A stretch of DNA of 32,000 nucleotides. It comes from Schaalia meyeri (lineage in GTDB: Bacteria > Actinomycetota > Actinomycetes > Actinomycetales > Actinomycetaceae). Shown here in pieces: positions 27,572 through 32,000 of this stretch. Under the pieces are notes generated by a model. That model was not told the origin of the DNA and ran no database searches. It worked only from the letters and a program-made list of their open reading frames with translations. The position numbers and the translations under genes are program-made. Where the stretch lies: contig NZ_FNLK01000010.1 in assembly GCF_900105015.1 (NCBI RefSeq), positions 120,001 through 152,000 on the forward strand, read 5' to 3'. The stretch's first letter is position 1. Each line of letters opens with the position of its first letter.

Positions 27572-27823
27572 CATCTGGATTAGGAAACAGACATGCGGGG
27601 AAATAGTATCTGGGAGATAGTGCTGGGCCGTCGTCGTGGCGGACAGGGAGCAGGCACACGGAGAAACGGACACCTGGATAGGAAACGGCTTCGTGGATAG
27701 GTTACGAGCTTCTGGATAGGTTAATAACCTATCCACGAGCGCACTTCCTATCCAGCAACGCACTTCCTATCCAGCAACAAGCTTCCTATCCACGAACCAG
27801 CCGCAAAAGGCAGCGACACCAGC
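27572..27823. repeat. Iteron module B: 3 forward + 4 inverted cores at 19-bp spacing around the same palindrome, plus a displaced degenerate unit
   Basis: TGGATAGG starts at 27675, 27694 and 27713. CCTATCCA starts at 27728, 27747, 27766 and 27785. Palindrome at 27713-27735, 304 bp from module A. Degenerate CATCTGGATTAGGAAAC at 27573-27589. Tail CGAACCAGCCGCAAAAGGCAGCGACACCAGC at 27793-27823. Confidence 0.9.
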
Positions 27824-27985
27824 AGCAGCGGGGTCGAGCCACTGCGGGTTGACGGTGTCGCGAAAAAACGGCGCGCAACCCCGGCAGTAGTAGCACGCGG
27901 CACCTGATCCCACGCGGGCCGACAGCCACGGGAACGGATCAACGCCCCTGCAGACACACAGCACGCTTCACAGACACACAACAAG

Positions 27986-28015
27986 GCCGCCCACCCCCCG
28001 GTGGGGGCGGGCGGC
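27986..28015. terminator. GC-rich hairpin (13-bp stem with one mismatch, loop CGGT)
   Basis: GCCGCCCACCCCC cggt GGGGGCGGGCGGC. No clear U-tract. Second hairpin downstream of the WXG100 pair. Function uncertain. Confidence 0.3.
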
Positions 28016-28079
28016 GCCACCGCAAACTCACGCGCGGCGCCACCGCAAACCCCGCACAGACATGAGGGCAGGCATAAGG

Positions 28080-28109
28080 GAGGGGCCGCCCCATCTGGGG
28101 CGGCCCCTC
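28080..28109 (-). terminator. Intrinsic-terminator-like hairpin downstream of the WXG100 gene pair
   Basis: Perfect 13-bp stem GAGGGGCCGCCCC atct GGGGCGGCCCCTC, about 22 nt after the stop of the 28131-28412 gene. Only a weak U-rich tail (CCUUAUGCC) on the minus-strand transcript. Confidence 0.55.
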
Positions 28110-28130
28110 TATGCTCTCCGAGCGACGCTA

Positions 28131-28412
28131 TCAGAAGCGGGAAGCGCTGGACTGGTCCGTCTGCTGGTAGTTCGTACGCGCCGAGTCAACGGCGGTCGAG
28201 GTGCGACGCAGGACGTCCTTCAGGCCCTCGAGGCCCTCGTTCCACTTGCGCTGGGCGGCCTGGTAGGCTTCCTGAGCCTGGCCTTCCCACGATGCGACCA
28301 GCTGGTTGAGCGTCTGCTCGAGGTCGCTCAGGCAGCTATCGAGGTTGCCGGCACCGGTGTTGATGTCAGCGGCGGCCTGATCGAGGGCGCCGTACTGTAC
28401 CTGGAAATCCAT
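28131..28412 (-). CDS. WXG100 family type VII secretion target (carries C-terminal YxxxD motif)
   Basis: 93 aa. AGGAGA 5 nt upstream of ATG 28412. WXG motif in LVASWEGQAQEAYQ. C-terminal NYQQTD fits the YxxxD/E export signal. Confidence 0.9.
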   Translation of the reverse strand: MDFQVQYGALDQAAADINTGAGNLDSCLSDLEQTLNQLVASWEGQAQEAYQAAQRKWNEGLEGLKDVLRRTSTAVDSARTNYQQTDQSSASRF

Positions 28413-28433
28413 TTCAGTCTCCTATCGTCTCTA

Positions 28434-28739
28434 TCACAGTCCGCCGAGAAGCTGGGAGAACGAGCTCTCAGTATCAGCCTCGTTGGCTTCCATGGACTGG
28501 TGCGTGCCGCGCAGCTTGTCAGCGAGCTCCTGCAGAGCCTCGTTAACCTTGGTGGCGTTCTCATCCCACTGCTGCATCAGCTGCTGGAACTTGAGAGCGG
28601 CCTCACCAGTCCAGGCGCCGCCGACGGATGACAGGTCGCCCCTGAGGCGGGAGAAGTGACCCTGTAGGTCGGCGTAGGTCGACTCGATTGCCTGTACGCC
28701 CTTAGGAAGGGCGCCTTCCTCGGCCCTCTGGTCTGCCAT
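28434..28739 (-). CDS. WXG100 family type VII secretion target (partner)
   Basis: 102 aa from ATG 28739, with GGAGG 6 nt upstream; the track ORF extends to 28799. WXG motif in VGGAWTGEAALKFQ. Lies 21 nt upstream of the second WXG100 gene, the typical esx pair arrangement. Confidence 0.88.
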   Translation of the reverse strand: MADQRAEEGALPKGVQAIESTYADLQGHFSRLRGDLSSVGGAWTGEAALKFQQLMQQWDENATKVNEALQELADKLRGTHQSMEANEADTESSFSQLLGGL

Positions 28740-28934
28740 GTGAACCTCCATTTGTATGAGTGGACTCTCCCGCGGGGATGCGTGAGAGCATGGGGACATA
28801 CGAATACTAACCGTGTTTCCGATACTTTTATAGATGTTACGCGAAAATCATGACAAATCCTGACCGACAACCTAAACTTACAGGGTTGTGTCGTGTAGTC
28901 AAAAACCCCATCACGCGGCACCGGGGAGGATTCG
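28740..28934. promoter_or_regulatory. Divergent control region between the WXG100 pair and eccD paralog 2
   Basis: 195-bp relatively AT-rich gap (…GATACTTTTATAGATGTTACGCGAAAATCATGACAAATCC…) between divergent start codons. GGGGAGGA RBS before ATG 28935. Promoter elements not confidently assignable by eye. Confidence 0.4.
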
Positions 28935-30296
28935 ATGGCATCGAAAACATCTCGTGGAGTGGCACTGATCCCGCTCACGATTACCTATGGCGTGGATCGC
29001 AACGATGTGACGATTCCGCAGTCGATACCGCTGGTTGAGCTGCTCCCCGGACTGGTTGAGTCTGCCGGTGCTTTCACTGATGAGCCCACAAATGACGGGT
29101 TTGCGGTGCGTACCGCGTCAGGGCGCCTGCTCGATCAGTCGAAGTCGCTGTCCGCACAGGGAGTTCGCGCGGGCGCCTCCCTGACGCTTGAGCCCCTGGG
29201 CGAAGGCGCGGCGGACATGGTTTACGACGATCTGACCGAAGCGGTCGGACAAGTCATCGAAAGGGTGTCCACGCCTTGGACGCGTGAGGATACTCGCACC
29301 TTCGCCGCACTGTCCGCGGCCGCCCTGGTTTTTGTCGCCGCAGTCCTGTTGGCGACCACGCCCCCGGATGCGATTGCCTCCCTGCAGCCCGGGCGCATCA
29401 CGATGCTGAACTACGTGTACGGTGCGATTGGCGTCGTCTCCGCGCTGCTCGTCACCGGCACCTCGGCGGTGGTGACCCGGAAGCACCCGGGGCCCAGCGG
29501 TATCGCCCTGGCTCACACCGCGCCCTTCTTGACCGCCGCCGCGGCCCTGCGTCTGACTCAAAGCCAGTGGAGCGCGGGCGGCTGGATCGCGATTGGGTCC
29601 GGATTGCTGATCGGATCGGTTGCCGCGCTGACGCTGCCGAAGCGCTATCGGATTTCGATCGCTGCGCCGATAGTCCTCGGTTCCATAATTGCCGCGACCG
29701 GCCTCATGGTGCATTTTGGGGCGCTCTCGCAGGTCGGCGTTTCTGCCGTTCTCTTTGCCTTCGTTATCGTGTTGCTGCAGGTTGCGCCGTGGGTGGCGTT
29801 GGCCCACATTCCCGTGCGCATCCTGGACGCGAACACCAGTGAGCAGATTCCCGCTCAGGGGGTGACGGACCAGGTCAGTACCTCCTTCGTCTTCGTCGTG
29901 GCTCTGCGCTCCGGCGGCGCGCTCGCCGCAATCTTCCTGGCCGTCTCGATGATGGCCGCGCCCAGCATTCGTTCGGTCTTCCTCCCGCTGGTTTTGATCC
30001 TGCTCGGTTCGGTCTCCCTGATCCTACAGACCCGCTCCATCCGCGCCCGCGTCGAGGTTCTGCTCGGTGCGCTCACCGGCCTGACGACGATCCTGGTCGC
30101 CGCGACCCTCGCGACCCGCGCGGATCCGACGACACTGTCGTGGATCACCCTCTCGTCAATCGCCGCCGCCTTGATCCTGGTGGTCACGAACGTCGTCGGG
30201 CCTCGCGCCCGCCCGCACCTGACGCGCATCGCGGACACGATTTCTGTGCTGTCGCTCTTTGTCCTGATCCCTCTGGCCGTCTACCTCTGGGGCTGA
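28935..30296 (+). CDS. eccD: Type VII secretion integral membrane protein EccD (paralog 2, divergent)
   Basis: 453 aa. N-terminal YukD/ubiquitin-like domain (LIPLTITYGVDRNDVTIPQSIPLVELLPGLV...FAVRTASGRLLDQSKSLSAQGVRAGASLTLEP). About 11 hydrophobic helices follow. Only weak sequence similarity to the 23800-25221 product. Confidence 0.85.
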   Translation: MASKTSRGVALIPLTITYGVDRNDVTIPQSIPLVELLPGLVESAGAFTDEPTNDGFAVRTASGRLLDQSKSLSAQGVRAGASLTLEPLGEGAADMVYDDLTEAVGQVIERVSTPWTREDTRTFAALSAAALVFVAAVLLATTPPDAIASLQPGRITMLNYVYGAIGVVSALLVTGTSAVVTRKHPGPSGIALAHTAPFLTAAAALRLTQSQWSAGGWIAIGSGLLIGSVAALTLPKRYRISIAAPIVLGSIIAATGLMVHFGALSQVGVSAVLFAFVIVLLQVAPWVALAHIPVRILDANTSEQIPAQGVTDQVSTSFVFVVALRSGGALAAIFLAVSMMAAPSIRSVFLPLVLILLGSVSLILQTRSIRARVEVLLGALTGLTTILVAATLATRADPTTLSWITLSSIAAALILVVTNVVGPRARPHLTRIADTISVLSLFVLIPLAVYLWG

Positions 30297-30299
30297 ACC

Positions 30300-31751
30300 A
30301 TGCCGTCGAGTAAAGACATTCTTGAAGCCCAGCGTTTCAACCGCAACCGCCTGATCACCGCATTCACGTCGGGCACGCCGGACGGCCACGAGGTCGACAC
30401 TCCCTCCCCCGTGCGCCCGCTGATTTTCGGCACAGTCGTCGCCGTCATCATGTGCGTCGTCGGATTGGGCATCCGTTTCTTCAACCCGAATCCGGACCTG
30501 ACCGCCTCGAACTACGTGTTGGTTGACGTCAAGTCCACTGGCGCCCGGTATTTCTGGGCGAACGGCGTGCTTCACCCGATCACGAACGTGACGACGGCCA
30601 GGCTCCTGGCCCAGGAGTCGGGGCTTGAGGTCATCTCGGCCAGCGCCTCGGCCCTCAAGGACATCCCGCGAGGTGCACAGATCGGCCTGCCCGGCGTCCC
30701 CGACGACGTGCCCGCTTCGTCGCAGCTGGGCCACACGTGGCTGTCGTGCGACCTGGAAGATACGTACCACACGTGGATCGCCGAGTCCCTGCCAACCGAC
30801 AACTTCCCCCTGAAAGCGGCCACGTCGGCGCTGGTGACCCCCGATCACGGGGCCACCAAGTACTTCGTGGATGGAACCACGAACAAAAAGTACCTGGTCG
30901 ACGAAACCGATAGCCGACAGAGCGAGTGGGCGCTCGCCTTCCAAAACATCATGGGCTATCCGATCGAGGCAGAACCCGCGTGGGTGGACCTGTTCCCCTC
31001 CGGCACGCCGCTGAAGTCGTGGAGCTACTCGGACATCCCGAACGCCGGACAGCCCGCGAACGAGCTGCCGGGACCGCTAAAGAATGAAAACCTGACGATC
31101 GGCACGGTCATCCAGCAGACCAGCACGAACGGAGAGGTCCTGAACTCATACCTGGTCCTCACTTCGTCGCAGCTGGCGGTGTTTAACTCGACTGCCTCGC
31201 GCCTGTACAAGGACGCGCCGCCCACCCGGCCCTTCCCGACGGACATGTTCAAGGATGTGACCCCCGTTCACGCGGACTTTATCGGCGAAGACTGGCCGCT
31301 CTACGAGCACTTTGCCGACGCCCAGTGGGCCGACCCGAAGGCGGACGCCTCAAGCCGCACCGCCCTGTGCGCTCAGATGTCCACCACCGACCACGCGGTG
31401 CCTCAGCTCGGACTGTACGTGATGCCCAACCAGCGGGCCGTTCAGGCCGCATACGACGCCGAATCCGTGTCCTCCACCTCCGGCCCGACCACCACGCGCA
31501 CGGTGACGGTCGCGGGTGGCTCCGGCGCGCTCGTCGCAATCACCTCGGGAGGCGGAGAGGCTGCGGCCTACGCGTTCGTCTCTGACCAGGGGCACATGCA
31601 CTCCCTCGGGGCCTCTCCCAGTGCGTCGATCAACGCGCTCGGCTGGGCCCAGACGGACGCCTCCGCAATCCCCGAGGCCTGGGCGCTCCTTATCCCGCCC
31701 GGTACCGACCTGACGCCCCAGGCCGCGGCGACCTCAGTGGGGTTGTCGTGA
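30300..31751 (+). CDS. eccB: Type VII secretion protein EccB
   Basis: 483 aa; ATG lies 3 nt after the eccD2 stop. EccB hallmarks: N-terminal SKDILEAQRFNRNRL, a single TM helix (LIFGTVVAVIMCVVGLGI), then YVLV...GVLHPITNVTTARLL...IPRGAQIGLPGVPD...WLSCD. Confidence 0.9.
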   Translation: MPSSKDILEAQRFNRNRLITAFTSGTPDGHEVDTPSPVRPLIFGTVVAVIMCVVGLGIRFFNPNPDLTASNYVLVDVKSTGARYFWANGVLHPITNVTTARLLAQESGLEVISASASALKDIPRGAQIGLPGVPDDVPASSQLGHTWLSCDLEDTYHTWIAESLPTDNFPLKAATSALVTPDHGATKYFVDGTTNKKYLVDETDSRQSEWALAFQNIMGYPIEAEPAWVDLFPSGTPLKSWSYSDIPNAGQPANELPGPLKNENLTIGTVIQQTSTNGEVLNSYLVLTSSQLAVFNSTASRLYKDAPPTRPFPTDMFKDVTPVHADFIGEDWPLYEHFADAQWADPKADASSRTALCAQMSTTDHAVPQLGLYVMPNQRAVQAAYDAESVSSTSGPTTTRTVTVAGGSGALVAITSGGGEAAAYAFVSDQGHMHSLGASPSASINALGWAQTDASAIPEAWALLIPPGTDLTPQAAATSVGLS

Positions 31752-32000
31752 GCCGCGGGCGCGCACGGTCTCGGGTTTTGAGTCGAGGCCTGGTCGGTGC
31801 CGCGCTGACGACGGGCCTCGCGCTCGCGCCCCTGTTTGCGCCCCTTTCCGCTCCTGCGGACCGGGCCGGGGAGTCCTCCGCTTTCGGGCCCGCCGTTGCT
31901 CACGCGGATCCGACGCCTGCACCGAGTGTGCGGCCCACGCCCACGACCCCGCCATCGGAGGCGCCCACGCCGACTCCGAGCTCAAGCGCAGACCAGACCT
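31748..32000 (+). CDS. Partial (5' end only) secreted protein with signal peptide and Pro/Thr-rich linker; possibly the membrane-anchored mycosin, not determinable
   Basis: GTG 31748 overlaps the eccB stop (GTGA). The frame stays open to the window end. It encodes VSRGRARSRVLSRGLVGAALTTGLALAPLFAPLSAPA..., then PTPAPSVRPTPTTPPSEAPTPTPSS. It is absent from the ORF track because it is truncated. Confidence 0.5.
   Translation, partial: MSRGRARSRVLSRGLVGAALTTGLALAPLFAPLSAPADRAGESSAFGPAVAHADPTPAPSVRPTPTTPPSEAPTPTPSSSADQT

Noticed and set aside
27349-27823. Iteron arrays as a chromosomal oriC / DnaA-box cluster, since CCTATCCAC resembles the TTATCCACA DnaA box.
   Set aside because: About half the cores read CCTATCCAG. 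No dnaA or dnaN gene flanks the region; it is embedded in a T7SS locus next to radA-disA. The strictly 19-bp-phased inverted-array geometry is unlike actinobacterial oriC. The resemblance is kept only as a remark.
27349-27823. CRISPR array.
   Set aside because: The repeat core is only 8-11 bp with 8-11 bp spacers, arranged as inverted arms. No cas genes are present. The structure is incompatible with CRISPR repeat-spacer geometry.
27030-28020. Track ORFs inside the gap: 27030-27341 (+), 27164-27388 (-), 27425-27763 (-), 27748-28020 (-) and 27767-27964 (-).
   Set aside because: They run through the iteron repeats or G/T-rich filler. They lack an RBS, and their translations are low-complexity with no family motif. 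They are more likely non-coding.

Overview
High-GC actinobacterial chromosomal window. It looks Actinomycetaceae-like, but the taxon cannot be verified here. All calls rest on motif recognition and hand-counted coordinates, with no searches run. Three blocks are present. (1) The conserved radA-disA pair lies on the minus strand (90-2579). (2) A tightly packed plus-strand operon (2879-14214) encodes four proteins: a 2013-aa membrane-anchored cadherin-like/FN3 giant protein, a DUF58 protein, a TgpA-like transglutaminase-fold membrane protein, and a receptor Ser/Thr kinase. In the transglutaminase-fold protein the nucleophile Cys is replaced by Asp. No MoxR ATPase is present in this operon. (3) An ESX/type VII secretion (T7SS) locus with unusual architecture fills 14.3-32 kb. 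It holds two tandem S8 subtilases without a mycosin-type C-terminal anchor, plus a 5' stub of a third copy. Next come three candidate substrate/accessory genes: a PGRS-like Gly-rich 500-aa protein, a small acidic helical protein and a lipoprotein. The core genes are eccC, a first eccD translationally coupled to an RDD-FHA fusion protein, two WXG100 genes, a second divergent eccD paralog and eccB. A partial signal-peptide ORF runs off the right edge. The most unexplained signal is a 1.25-kb gene-free gap (26883-28130) between convergent T7SS genes. It holds two palindromic modules, each with seven TGGATAGG cores spaced at exactly 19 bp. A second non-obvious signal is a set of sharp-edged tracts, all in minus-strand genes between about 15.4 and 19.6 kb. 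In these tracts pyrimidine-ending codons end in T rather than C while purine-ending codons stay G, so the plus strand is G-depleted.
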